A stretch of 64,000 nucleotides of DNA, taken from a virus. Its lineage: Duplodnaviria; Caudoviricetes. Each line of letters opens with the position of its first letter. Position 1 is the stretch's first letter. Made by a program: the position numbers and the translations under genes. Where the stretch lies: positions 90,765 to 154,764 of the IMG/VR virus record IMGVR_UViG_2615840593_000003, one strand, 5' to 3'. The notes under the pieces are model-generated. The model had not been told where the DNA came from. It searched no databases and worked only from the letters and a program-made list of their open reading frames with translations. Shown one piece after another: positions 30,545-42,100 of the stretch.

Positions 30545-33500
30545 GATGAAGTTGGTAACTTCGTAAAAAATGTGCTACCTCGTTTAGTTAGTGCACCTGC
30601 TCAAGATGCATTAAGTATGGTTAATGTTTCTCTAACAGACAAACAAGGAAACATGCGTGACATCATTCAGGTTTATACTGAAGTAGCTAATAAAGTTAAA
30701 GATCTGAATGATACTGAACGGATTTCAGTAATGGAAGGTCTTGCAGGAAAATATCACATATCTCGTATGCAAGCATTACTAGATGACTTAGGTTCTGCTA
30801 AATCAATGTACAGAGAAATGTATGAGACATCTAAAAATTCAGCAGGTTCAGCAATGCGAGAAAATGAAATCTACATGAAATCATTAGAAGCACGTATTGC
30901 ATTAACACGAGTGGAATTCGAGAAGCTCGCAGTCTCAATAGGAGACGCTTTTCTGACAGATGGCATGGTATCATTCCTTCAATTAGCTTCAGGTGGATTA
31001 GGTGTAATAACGAGTCTTGTGAATGGAGTTGGATTACTCCCTGTAGTTTTAGGTACAACAGGAATGGCAACTTTTTTATTATCTACCAAGTTTAAAGAAC
31101 TAAGCGTAAGTGTCGGAAGCTCTATTGTTTCATTAGTAGGATTTAGAGGAACTGCGACAGCAGTAACTACGGCTACCAACCTATTATCTGTAGCGACAAA
31201 AGGTCTAGGAAATGCGTGGAAAGGATTCTTATCATCTCTTGGCGTTGGACTACCTCTTGTTGCCATCGGTTTTGTTATTGAAAAACTAATGAGTAAGATG
31301 GGTGAAGCTCGTCAAAAAGCCGAAGAATTAGAATCTGCTAACAAGGAAATGCTTAATTCATATAGTCAAAATGCTTCTAATATAGATGAGTTATCAAAGA
31401 AGTATGAAGAATTAGAAGAAAAAATGGCATTACCTAATGTAGATTCTAAAACTATTAATGAATATCGTGACATCCAAAATGAAATAGGTACAAAGCTTCC
31501 TTCTTTGGTTACTGGGGAAGATTCGTATGGTAACAAATTAATAGGTACTAGTAATGCACTTAAAGTTAAAATCGATTTACTCAAACAGCAACTAGAGATA
31601 GACAAGCAGATAGCTGAAGCAGAAGCAAATTCTAGAAGAAATGAAGACATTGAAACTTATAATTCAGATATGAGTTCGGCTAATGATAAAATGCAAGGAC
31701 GTCTACAGGTATTAGCAAACTATGATGAAAATTCTTTAAAATGGGCGGATAAATTTGATATTCCTGATAAATTAGTTATTAGATTAGCTGATGAAAATGG
31801 AAAACCATTATTAACTACTGCTGATGAGATTGCAAAAAAATTAAATGATATTAAAACTAAACACCTTGAAGCTAAAAATTCAGGTGATGATGGCTTAGTA
31901 GAGTACTATGGTAAATTATTATTCATGTTAGAAGATACGTATAAGGCTGTATTACCACATGAACTTGAGATGAATAAATCAACTGCTAACCTAAAATCTC
32001 AATATGTAGCATCCTTAAATGCAATGATAGGAACAAACTCATCATTGCAAGATTCTACAAAAGAAATGGCTCAAGTCTTCTCATCACAATTACTTTCAAT
32101 GTCTGATTCCAGTAACATTAATGATTTAAAAAGTGGCTTAGAAACACTATTCTCTTATAACGGTAATGATGAACTATCTAGCAAGGCAAATGAGATTACT
32201 ACCAATATTTCTAAATCATTCAGCGATATGGCTAATGCTACAGAAGAAGATTTCGGAAAATCTTCAGCAAGCGTCAAAACTATGTTGGATGGATTGCCAA
32301 AAAGTCTAGAGGCAGTTATTAGTAAAGAAAAAGACAGAAAAGCTGTAATGGATTTACTAAACAAGACATATGAAAATGCCATTACAGAGCATAGTAAACT
32401 GGCTAACGAAGCTAAAGCGACTGGCAAAAGCTTCGATGAAGTAAGAGCAGGTATGGATGCAGTCAGTGAAGGTGCAGAGCAATCTTCTGAATCAGTATCG
32501 GAATTAGCCTCAAAAATGCAAGACTTCAAAGATGTAACTGAGCAAATGGCAGGTGTATCTCAATCTGGAGTCGATGCGTTAAACGACCTAATTTTCCAAT
32601 ATGACTCACTTACTAACAAATTAGCAGGTTACACACAACAACAACTTCAAGATATTTACACTAAAGAAAATTTAACATCCAAAGAACGAGAAGTTAAAAA
32701 GGTTCTAGATGATCGTGTAGCTATAATGAAGGAATTATCCAGTGTCTACCCTGACTTATTAGGTAAAGATGGTAAAGCTATTGTCTTATCAGATGAGAAG
32801 CGTAGTGCTATCATAGCAGAAAATAAAGCAAATGAAATACTATTAAAAGGTTACAAACTTGCTCGTGATGGAAAGTTAACTGCTGAACAGCAAGCTACAT
32901 TAGCATCTGCTAGTGGGGCTAAAGCACGTATCAATAACTTAAAAGTAGAAATTTCGATGCTTGAAAAGTATGTCAGAGCTAATGAAATAGCATTAGGTTC
33001 TGCTGTAGCAATTAATGCAATGCCGTTATCTGGCGTTGCAGGTTCAGCCATGAAAATGGCAATGGAAGCACAACAAAGTATACTTCAAGGTAGACTTGCA
33101 GGAGCTAGAGCAGAATTAGACGGACTTGCAGGTAGTCTTAGTACTAATATTGGAAATATAAGTGATTTCTCTGCTGAAATCGAAAATTCGTCTAAATCAA
33201 CTAATAGTAATACTAAAGCTACAAAAGAGAACAATGCTGAAAAAGAGAAATCCATTTGGATTACTGACAAGTATAAGCAAAAATTAGAAGAGCTTAATTT
33301 AGCAATCGAAAAACAGCAAAAAATACAAGCTAGATTTCCTGAACATTCTAAGGAGTACCGCAAATCACTAGAAGCTCAAATTAAACTTGAAAAAGAAAAA
33401 TTAGCACTCCAAGAAAAGCAAGTCAAAGCAATACAATCTCAAATTGCATCAGGTAAAATTCAGCAAACTGGTAACATTTCAGTTAATTCCTCAAACGGTA

Positions 33501-36500
33501 AAATTAATGGATATAACGGTAAAATTTCTTCTGGTTATGGTGAACGTACAGACAATCATCGTGGTGTTGATATTGCAATGCCTACTGGTTCCCGAGTAGA
33601 TGCCCCTGTTTCTGGCAAAGTAATTCGTGCAGGTTCTGCAACTTCAAAACAAAACAATATGCACTGGTCATACGGTAATGTTGTGATGATTGAAGACCAA
33701 CAAGGTATTCGACATTTACTAGCTCACCTTGACAAAACAATGGTTAAGATTGGTGACTATGTAGAAGCAGGAGCTCAAATTGGTAATAGTGGTAGCACTG
33801 GTAAGTCTACGGGTCCCCACTTACACTACGAACAAAATAATTCAAAGGGACAGACAATTAACCCTACTGCTACATTAAATTCTATTCGTGCAGGCAGTAC
33901 CTCTACCCCATCTGCATCGAGTCAACAAGCTACAGTTTGGAACTACTTTAAAAACAAAGGCTTAAATGATAAAGCTATTGCAGGACTTATGGGTAACATC
34001 CAACAGGAATCAACCTTTAATACAAACGCAGGCAAGAACGCTCCTAAGAATGCTTACGGATTAGTTCAATGGAGAGATGGTCGCAGAGAAGGACTTAACT
34101 CTTACGCAAAAAGTATGGGTAAAAGTGCTAATGATTTACAAGTTCAATTAGACTACATCTGGAAAGAATTAAATGATAAAGAGAAAAGCGCTCTTGCTTC
34201 CCTTCAACGTTCTGATTTGTCATCTTCGCAACATGCTTCTGAATTTGAAAGATTATTTGAGCGTTCAGGCGGTTCGCAAGTTGGAAAACGTCAAAACTAT
34301 GCTAATCAATATTACAGTCAATATGCAGGTACTAATGGCGGTGCAGGAGTTGGTATTGACTCAGGACAACAAGCTATTGACCAAGCTAAATCTGATTTTT
34401 TAAGCTTACAAAAAGACGTACTTAACTCTAAGGAAACAATTGAAAACTTAAATGACATGTTGGTTAAAGCTAACGTTGCTTATTACGATGACCTTATTAA
34501 TGGTATAGATCGTTCTATTAATAAGTCTAATGTTTTAGCCGAACAACAATTAGAGCACTCACAAGCATATCGAGATGAATTAGATAAACAAACTAAACAT
34601 CTAAAATACAAACAATCTTTACTACATAAAGAAGCTAATTACATTCGTGAGCAACTTAAACGTACTGACATCTCCCCTGCTTACAAAGATGAATTAACTA
34701 ATCAACTAAGCGAATTATCTTTAGCTTGGTGGGATGTTAACGAAAGTATTACGGAAGTAGACGAGAAGATTCAAAATAGTAAAGTTGAATCAATCATAGT
34801 TAAATATGAAGAACTACGTCAAATACAAGATAAAGCTATTAACAGTGAAAAAGCAAAAATTGAAGAATTGGACACTTCTTCTGCTAGATATGTAAAAACT
34901 CTCGCAAATATAAACAATGCAATGAGAGAAAAGCAAAATTCCAATCGCTATGAATTGACTCAGTTAACTGCTTTGGTAAATGGCAATAAGCTATCTGGTG
35001 AAGCTTTAGAATCTGCTAAAAACCGTATAGAAGAATTGACTACTGGTATTAAAGAATTACAAATTGCCATTCAGAATGGTGATTACGATATTTTAATTAA
35101 TATTAAAACTCAATCTGACGAAAAAGTCGGTTTAATGGAATCTGCTATAAATCAAGCTGAAGCAATTCGTAAAATGTTTGACGAAGGTTCTGCCGATTAC
35201 GTTAAGTATACAAAAATTATTCTTGAAGAGTATGAAAAAATAGCTGATCAGCATTTAGTAACTAGAGATGCTTTAGCTGAAGAATTACAGCAACGTGATA
35301 TTACTGCCGAACGTATCAAAGAAGTAAAAAAACTAATAACAGATGAACAACTTGCATATCTGAACGCTACCCTATCAATTAAAGATTATACAAAGCAAGT
35401 CGAGGAAGCTAATAAATCTCAACTCGAGAGTATTGCAGATAAAGCTATCAATGCATATAAGGAATATATCCAAGAGCGTAGAGATGAACATATAAAAACA
35501 CTAGATGATGAAATTAAGAGAGAAAATGAAAAGCATGAGCAAATCATAAAAAATCTTAATGATGAGATGGATTTATTTAGAAAGAATGTAGATGAGAAGC
35601 TAAAACTTATTGATCGTCAAGAATCGCAGCGAAGTTATGACATGGAAATTTCTGATTTAGAAAAAGAACGTAATGATATTCAAAGTCAATACGATAATCT
35701 AGCCTTAGATAAATCTCATGAAGGTAAGGCGAAACGCAAAAAGCTTAAAGAACAACTAGATGAAATTGACAAGCAAATTGAAGAAAAACGCCATAATCGT
35801 GAAATTGAATTACGTAAAGAGTCTTTAAATGATGCACTGGAAACTAAAGAAGAAGAAGTAAATGAAAAAATTGAGCTTCAAGATAAAGAGCATGAGAATG
35901 TAATCAATAAGATTAATCGTGAAAAAGAATATTGGGAAAAGCATTATAAAGATCTGCTTAATGATGAACGAAAGTTTGCCGAAATAAGAGAAGCTATATT
36001 ATCTGGTCATTTTGAAAAAGTAGATGCTGAATTCAAAAAGTTTGCGGATGAAATGAAAGCTACAATGCCTGAACTTGCCGATACGCTTGATGACACAATG
36101 AAAGCTGTAGGTATGACGATTCGTCAAAATGTAATTGATAATTTGGAAGAAGCACTCAAATTATTTGAAGACTTCAACAAAAGTCAAATTTCAAAGGATG
36201 ATGGCTCATTCAATTTCAATCCTAATAACGGCAATGAAGTTAAATCATCTAATGGTAATCTATCCAAAGGCGATTTACAAGTATTACTAGGTAAATTCTT
36301 GTATGACAATGTATCTGCACAAACATCTGGAAAAGATAAAGATACTGTTCGTCAAACGGCTACACAATTAGCTGAACAGGGCAGAAAAAATGGTAGTACT
36401 CAATTCACTAAAGATGACGTTAATTTTAATGATTCGATTAAAGGTCTTACTCAAGCAGATATGGATGCTTTATATGAATATTTTGATAGCAATAAAGGCA

Positions 36501-37219
36501 TTTTAGGTGGAAAATATGACGGCTTCATTGATCAATTCATCGGTAGCATTTCTGGTAATAAACATGAATCTACAAATGACGGAAGTTTATCAAAAGCCGA
36601 TATGCAAGTTATGTTAGGTAAATTTATTTATGAAAAGGTTGTACCTGATAAATCATTAAACGCCAATACTAAAACAGCATTAAAAGCTAAAGCAGATGGA
36701 GTTGCTGCACAAGGAAGAAATGGTGATTCAAAGCTTTCAGAAAGTGTAACATTCGATTCTATCAAGAGCACATACTCATCGCTACAAGTTAATCAATTGA
36801 AATCGTTCTTTGAATCTAATCTAGGTATGATTGATAATGCTACAACTAGAGATTTAATGCAGAAAAAGATAGCTTCACTTGATACAGGTGGATTTATGAA
36901 TTGGGCTGGAACAGGTATTGACGGTAAAGGTGGGAAAGCAATTATTGCTCATCCTAATGAAATCATGTTGAATAAAGTTGATACAAAAGGATTTTTCAGT
37001 TCAATAAATGTAATGGACAAAATTATGTCTAGTCTATCCCCTCTCCTATCTAAGTTTACTCCACCACAAAAAACATCACATATTGTTAGTGGAGATACTT
37101 ATGGCGATATTAAAATAAACTTCAATATTGACAAAATGAACGGTGACAGAAACGATTTAAATAAATTTAATAAAATGATTGATGATGATCTATTACGTAG
37201 GAAAGGAATGAGAAAGTAA
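30545..37219 (+). CDS. tape measure protein, exon 3 (M23 peptidase and phage tail lysozyme domains)
   Basis: DEVGNFVK continues the core; HRGVD..HLD..GPHLHYE (M23); WNYFKNKGL..GNIQQES..GLVQW (lysozyme). Confidence 0.9.
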   Translation, partial: DEVGNFVKNVLPRLVSAPAQDALSMVNVSLTDKQGNMRDIIQVYTEVANKVKDLNDTERISVMEGLAGKYHISRMQALLDDLGSAKSMYREMYETSKNSAGSAMRENEIYMKSLEARIALTRVEFEKLAVSIGDAFLTDGMVSFLQLASGGLGVITSLVNGVGLLPVVLGTTGMATFLLSTKFKELSVSVGSSIVSLVGFRGTATAVTTATNLLSVATKGLGNAWKGFLSSLGVGLPLVAIGFVIEKLMSKMGEARQKAEELESANKEMLNSYSQNASNIDELSKKYEELEEKMALPNVDSKTINEYRDIQNEIGTKLPSLVTGEDSYGNKLIGTSNALKVKIDLLKQQLEIDKQIAEAEANSRRNEDIETYNSDMSSANDKMQGRLQVLANYDENSLKWADKFDIPDKLVIRLADENGKPLLTTADEIAKKLNDIKTKHLEAKNSGDDGLVEYYGKLLFMLEDTYKAVLPHELEMNKSTANLKSQYVASLNAMIGTNSSLQDSTKEMAQVFSSQLLSMSDSSNINDLKSGLETLFSYNGNDELSSKANEITTNISKSFSDMANATEEDFGKSSASVKTMLDGLPKSLEAVISKEKDRKAVMDLLNKTYENAITEHSKLANEAKATGKSFDEVRAGMDAVSEGAEQSSESVSELASKMQDFKDVTEQMAGVSQSGVDALNDLIFQYDSLTNKLAGYTQQQLQDIYTKENLTSKEREVKKVLDDRVAIMKELSSVYPDLLGKDGKAIVLSDEKRSAIIAENKANEILLKGYKLARDGKLTAEQQATLASASGAKARINNLKVEISMLEKYVRANEIALGSAVAINAMPLSGVAGSAMKMAMEAQQSILQGRLAGARAELDGLAGSLSTNIGNISDFSAEIENSSKSTNSNTKATKENNAEKEKSIWITDKYKQKLEELNLAIEKQQKIQARFPEHSKEYRKSLEAQIKLEKEKLALQEKQVKAIQSQIASGKIQQTGNISVNSSNGKINGYNGKISSGYGERTDNHRGVDIAMPTGSRVDAPVSGKVIRAGSATSKQNNMHWSYGNVVMIEDQQGIRHLLAHLDKTMVKIGDYVEAGAQIGNSGSTGKSTGPHLHYEQNNSKGQTINPTATLNSIRAGSTSTPSASSQQATVWNYFKNKGLNDKAIAGLMGNIQQESTFNTNAGKNAPKNAYGLVQWRDGRREGLNSYAKSMGKSANDLQVQLDYIWKELNDKEKSALASLQRSDLSSSQHASEFERLFERSGGSQVGKRQNYANQYYSQYAGTNGGAGVGIDSGQQAIDQAKSDFLSLQKDVLNSKETIENLNDMLVKANVAYYDDLINGIDRSINKSNVLAEQQLEHSQAYRDELDKQTKHLKYKQSLLHKEANYIREQLKRTDISPAYKDELTNQLSELSLAWWDVNESITEVDEKIQNSKVESIIVKYEELRQIQDKAINSEKAKIEELDTSSARYVKTLANINNAMREKQNSNRYELTQLTALVNGNKLSGEALESAKNRIEELTTGIKELQIAIQNGDYDILINIKTQSDEKVGLMESAINQAEAIRKMFDEGSADYVKYTKIILEEYEKIADQHLVTRDALAEELQQRDITAERIKEVKKLITDEQLAYLNATLSIKDYTKQVEEANKSQLESIADKAINAYKEYIQERRDEHIKTLDDEIKRENEKHEQIIKNLNDEMDLFRKNVDEKLKLIDRQESQRSYDMEISDLEKERNDIQSQYDNLALDKSHEGKAKRKKLKEQLDEIDKQIEEKRHNREIELRKESLNDALETKEEEVNEKIELQDKEHENVINKINREKEYWEKHYKDLLNDERKFAEIREAILSGHFEKVDAEFKKFADEMKATMPELADTLDDTMKAVGMTIRQNVIDNLEEALKLFEDFNKSQISKDDGSFNFNPNNGNEVKSSNGNLSKGDLQVLLGKFLYDNVSAQTSGKDKDTVRQTATQLAEQGRKNGSTQFTKDDVNFNDSIKGLTQADMDALYEYFDSNKGILGGKYDGFIDQFIGSISGNKHESTNDGSLSKADMQVMLGKFIYEKVVPDKSLNANTKTALKAKADGVAAQGRNGDSKLSESVTFDSIKSTYSSLQVNQLKSFFESNLGMIDNATTRDLMQKKIASLDTGGFMNWAGTGIDGKGGKAIIAHPNEIMLNKVDTKGFFSSINVMDKIMSSLSPLLSKFTPPQKTSHIVSGDTYGDIKINFNIDKMNGDRNDLNKFNKMIDDDLLRRKGMRK

Positions 37220-37815
37220 TGTTGGAGTCTATTCATTTTATGTATGATAACATTTCATCGAAAGAGATGGGTGTTAAAATTGCTTGGTCTAAAGGTGGAT
37301 TGTACGAAGAAAACTTTCTCCCTACACGTAAAATAATTGAAAAAAAAGTAGCTAATAATGAGAAACCTTACTTTCAGAGAGTGGAACACGAACCACTCTC
37401 TTTTAGTTTGTCTTTTTATCTAGAAAGTTGGGTTGAAGATAATGATATAAGGAAAATTGCACGTTGGTTATTTCAACCGTATTACAAACCTTTAGTCTTT
37501 GAAAGTAATCCTAACAGAGTATTCAACGCTCTTGTTGAAGGTGATTCTAAATTACTACATAACGGGTTAAAACAAGGTCATGTCGAGTTTAACATTAGAT
37601 GTGACTCACCTTACACCTATTCACATGAACATGTATTTAATAACTTAGAATTTAGAGATTCTAATACAGGTTATCAGATTGTTGATGATATTAATACCTT
37701 TGAACAAGGAAGTTTCATCAATACAAAAGTCACATCTAATGGATTAACTATTGATAAAGTAGACAACTCTTGGGGTGCATTATATCCCAACGTAAAGAGA
37801 TGGGGTGAATTATAG
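37219..37815 (+). CDS. distal tail protein (Dit), N-terminal part
   Basis: Follows TMP; FMYDNISS..PLSFSL..RCDSPY Dit pattern. Confidence 0.75.
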   Translation: MLESIHFMYDNISSKEMGVKIAWSKGGLYEENFLPTRKIIEKKVANNEKPYFQRVEHEPLSFSLSFYLESWVEDNDIRKIARWLFQPYYKPLVFESNPNRVFNALVEGDSKLLHNGLKQGHVEFNIRCDSPYTYSHEHVFNNLEFRDSNTGYQIVDDINTFEQGSFINTKVTSNGLTIDKVDNSWGALYPNVKRWGEL

Positions 37816-37817
37816 AT

Positions 37818-38474
37818 ATGGAAACTACAAATCAACTTGAATTAAATATTACAACTGAATCATCTTTTAGTGATGATGATATAAAACAAACCATTGTAAG
37901 TTATGGAGACAATTTCAAAAAAATAGAAGAGTATTTGAAGAATTCAATCAACGATATTGAAGATTTAAATGATAACAAGCTTTATAAAATCGGTCATATA
38001 CTATGGAATAAAACTCCTGTAATTAACTCATTTATTGGATGGGTTGTAACTAGAGAAGGTATTCAAGCTAAAAAATGGTTACCTAATAAAAGTTATAGTC
38101 TCGGTAATCTAGTTAAGCCTTCTGTTGATAATGGTGGATTGTATAAATGTGTTGTAGATGGTAAAAGTTCAACCACTCCACCTACTTTTCTAACCACTTT
38201 AAATCAAGAGTTTTATGAAGTGACAGGATTGACATGGCGTAACGAATCTAACTATGAAGTAGGAAGTCTAGTATTCCCTACAAATGGTAGTAAAACACAT
38301 TATTATATATGTGAAACAGCAGGTTACTCCTCCCCTACTGAACCTGAATGGTCATCTGTTCAAAACGATACTGCATTTATAGATGGTTCAGTTGTATGGC
38401 GAAAGGCTAAAAATATTATTTGGAAAAAGGTCGGAACTAATTGTGAATTTAGACCATTTGGAAAAATAGAATAG
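37818..38474 (+). CDS. tail protein with two Trp-rich carbohydrate-binding-like repeats
   Basis: W..YxxGxLVxP..YxC..G.S..P repeated twice. Confidence 0.6.
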   Translation: METTNQLELNITTESSFSDDDIKQTIVSYGDNFKKIEEYLKNSINDIEDLNDNKLYKIGHILWNKTPVINSFIGWVVTREGIQAKKWLPNKSYSLGNLVKPSVDNGGLYKCVVDGKSSTTPPTFLTTLNQEFYEVTGLTWRNESNYEVGSLVFPTNGSKTHYYICETAGYSSPTEPEWSSVQNDTAFIDGSVVWRKAKNIIWKKVGTNCEFRPFGKIE

Positions 38475-38485
38475 GAGTTGTTTGG

Positions 38486-39124
38486 ATGAAATGGGGTTCT
38501 TTAATAAAATCAACAGGTTCTTATGTGTCTAAGAACTACGAAATCTCCAACGTTTCGTCTAAGTATTTAACTACCATACTTTCAAATATTATAAACATAC
38601 ATAATCAAAAAGTAGATTTCTTCTTTTCTATTTCTTATGACTATACTAATTGGACTGACTGGAAGCATATAAATTTCAATGATACTGACTTATTGAATGG
38701 TTATGAAATAGATGGGTTAATTTTCAGATACAAGATTGTCATGGATTCAGAGAAAGATAATGAAAAGCCTTATATCCAATCTTTCTCTATCTCCTTTGAC
38801 CCTTGTGAGTCTTTTGAAAACTTAGGTGACTTTGATGTAAAGCCGAAGCTATGGATTAGAAAAAAGAATGGTAACGGTGCAATAGAAATTACAAATATAA
38901 TAACGAATCAAAAAATTGTTGTTGAAAATCTTATAGACAACGAAGAAGTTTTTATTGATTGCCAAAAAGAAGATATCATATCAGATAGGCAAAATTTAGG
39001 TGTGTATCGGTATGATGACCATAATGACGAATACCTTGAATTAGTAATTGGTGATAACTTCTTGAAAGGTAAAGGAGATTTTGACATGGATATTAGACAT
39101 CAATATGTCTTTTTACAAGAGTGA
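38486..39124 (+). CDS. distal tail protein C-terminal-like part
   Basis: NLGDFDVKP..IDCQKE..YLELVIGDN Dit C-domain pattern. Confidence 0.6.
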   Translation: MKWGSLIKSTGSYVSKNYEISNVSSKYLTTILSNIINIHNQKVDFFFSISYDYTNWTDWKHINFNDTDLLNGYEIDGLIFRYKIVMDSEKDNEKPYIQSFSISFDPCESFENLGDFDVKPKLWIRKKNGNGAIEITNIITNQKIVVENLIDNEEVFIDCQKEDIISDRQNLGVYRYDDHNDEYLELVIGDNFLKGKGDFDMDIRHQYVFLQE

Positions 39125-39136
39125 GGTGATGAATAG

Positions 39137-42100
39137 TTGAAATTAGGTGAAATAGATTATAATTTAAAGCCAGACGATGCTAGAATTTTCCTTTGTAGAC
39201 CTGACAAAAAAACAATTGCCAGAATTAGCGAAGCTTATGATATTAATTATAGCACTAAGCTTTCCATCTTAAATGAAATATCATTTAAAATTCCAACAGT
39301 ATTAATTGAAGATGGTGTTCCTATTGATAATAAAAATATTGATAAGATAAAAAATCGATACCTTTTTAAATTAAAATACGGACATGTTACAGAGTACTTC
39401 TTAATAAATGAATCCAATAAATCATACAGCGATGACGAATATATTGAATTCACTTCCCTATCACTTGGCGTCCAATTAAGTGATAAAAACATAAGACAAT
39501 TTGAAGTTGTCAGTAAGACGTTATCTCAAGTAACAAATGAAATTTTGTCATCAGTTAATACAAAATGGAAATTAGGTTACGTGGACAGTTACTTCGAAGA
39601 AATTTACCGAAGCTATGAAGTTGCCTCTAATAATGTCTTAGAAATAATATATGATTTGGCTAATGTTTGGAATTCATTGATTGTATGGGATTCAGTTAAG
39701 TATGAAATAAACTTCTACAAACCTAATAATATTGGTAAAGATAAAGGATTTTACTTACGAGATGGAAAATACTTAGAGTCTTTTAATTTAGCTACAAATA
39801 CCATCGATACTATAACGCGCTTAAAAGTTTATGGTCAAGATGGCTTATCGATACATAGATTAAATCCTACTGGTCAATCTTACCTTGAAGATTACAGATA
39901 CTACCTATACCCTTTTAAGCGTGAAAATGGAGTTATTGTTAGTCATTCAAAACACTTGAGTGATAGTTTATGTATTGCATTAGAAGATTTTAAAGAACTA
40001 GTAGAATCATTATCAGAAAGGTTTACTAACTTGACTGAGATGATCACTACTCAAAAATCAATTATTCAAACAGAAGAACAAAGACTAAGTATTTTAAATA
40101 CACAGAGGATAATAATTGAGGATGAATTAGATTTATCTAATGCTAACTTTCAATCCTCCTCCCCTAACCATCTAGACGTCATTCAACGCCTAGAAGCAAA
40201 AAGAGACGAAATATCAAATCAAGAAGCATTCATTAGAGAATTAAAATACCAATTATCAAATTATGAAGATGAATTAGACGATTTAAGAACAAAGTTGTCT
40301 AGAGAAAATAACTTTACTATTGAGCATTTAGAAGAGTTATCTGACTTTGAAATCGAAAAAGAATATACTAATGATTCCATCGTATACGATGAAGATTTAA
40401 TTGAAGATGGTAAAGAGGTATTTAGACAGTATCTTGAACCCAAAATCAAACTAGATGTTAATTTAATTGATTTTCTAACTATAGTCGAATGTCAAAATGA
40501 TTGGGATAAGTTAGGTCTAGGAGATATTGTAAGAGTTAGATATGACAGGTTACAGGTAGATGTAAAAGCAAAAATTACTGAGATTACACGTGACTTTGAA
40601 AACGGAAGTATTTCAGTTGTCATCGAAAATGAATTTGATGAAGGTAATAATTGGCTAGAACAACTTAATAAAGCAGGTAACACTTCTACTATTGTTCAGA
40701 TGGATAAGTGGAAATGGAATCTGTCTGAAGAGAATAATGGCGCTATCAATGACATCATCAATAATAAATGGGATGCATTAAAGAATGCTGTAATGGCAGG
40801 GTATGATCAAAAAATAGAAATAAGTGAACGAGGTATCATCGTTAAAAGCTTGGAAGATCCCTTAAGTTGGCTTGTTATCCAAAATGGATTTTTGAGCATC
40901 ACTAACGATTCTGGAAATACATGGAAGTACGCTATATCAAAAGATGGTATATTTGGTGAGCGCATTTTTGGAAAAATAATTTCTGGAGTTAACTTGATTA
41001 TTGAAGATGAATCAGGTATATGGCTAACACAAGGATCAAGAACTACTATTTATAATCGTTATGGTGACGAGGTTATGCGCTTAGGATTAGTTTCTGATAA
41101 CGAAAAAGATAAAGACGGAAACTTAATTCCACAGGAAAACGAATGCTTTGGACTTGTCTCATGGAATAATATTACCAGAGTTGCCTTAACAACGTGTGAA
41201 GGGTTCTCAGTAAGCAAAAGAAACGGTGATGATTGGAAAAAAGTATTGTGGGCTAATACTGACGGTACGCTATATTCTCGAAACATGGTAGCTGAAAACA
41301 TAAAAATAGTAAATAATTTAGATGAAGTAATTTTGGATGCAGAGAATGATTATTTTAATATCGGATTATTTGACAAGATTGTAGCAGATGGAAAATTAAC
41401 GACACTTGAAAAATTAGAAATCATTAAAGAGCTATATAAAATCCATTCTGACTATAAGTTACTTCTTCAACAGGCACAAAAATACATCAGGAGTGAAAGA
41501 GATAATGTTACAGACGTAGATGGTCAATTTGATACTTCTACGCAAACCTTCCCTACCGTTTATTCTACTACAGATAAGTACTCAACTAGCGCTTTGAAAA
41601 ATGCCTATCTAGAATTAATGAATTATATTTCAAACTATATAAAAGTCATCAATAACGGTTATCTAGAATCAGATAACTTGAATATAGATATGGCTGATCC
41701 ACTTACAGAATCCACGAGTCAAATTGAGAATCGTGGTATTTTTGTGCAAAAATTTAAAAATTACTACGATGAAGCTACTCGTCTACGTCAAGAAATTGAA
41801 GACTCCCTATTCTATTCGGGTATTGCTATGGGGAGATATCATAATAATCTTATAATGAATGATTTTGGTTTTATTGCTGTACGAAGCGATGGTAAATATC
41901 GAGCATACCTCAATGCTACCAACGGTCTTGCTTTACAAAAATGGGAAAATGGAAAATGGACAAGTAAATTATTTGCAACTTTAGGTGATTCGAAATGGGA
42001 AGATGGTACGCTTTATGCGGAAGGACTCGTAACTAAAAATCTTCGCATTGTTGATGGGGATTTAGGTGACGCAATTACCCTTGATTGGAAAGACGGTATT

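Noticed and set aside
30542-37219. Independent 2225-aa gene starting at TTG 30542
   Set aside because: The TTG is the last three intron bases, has no good RBS, and falls mid-domain; this is TMP exon 3
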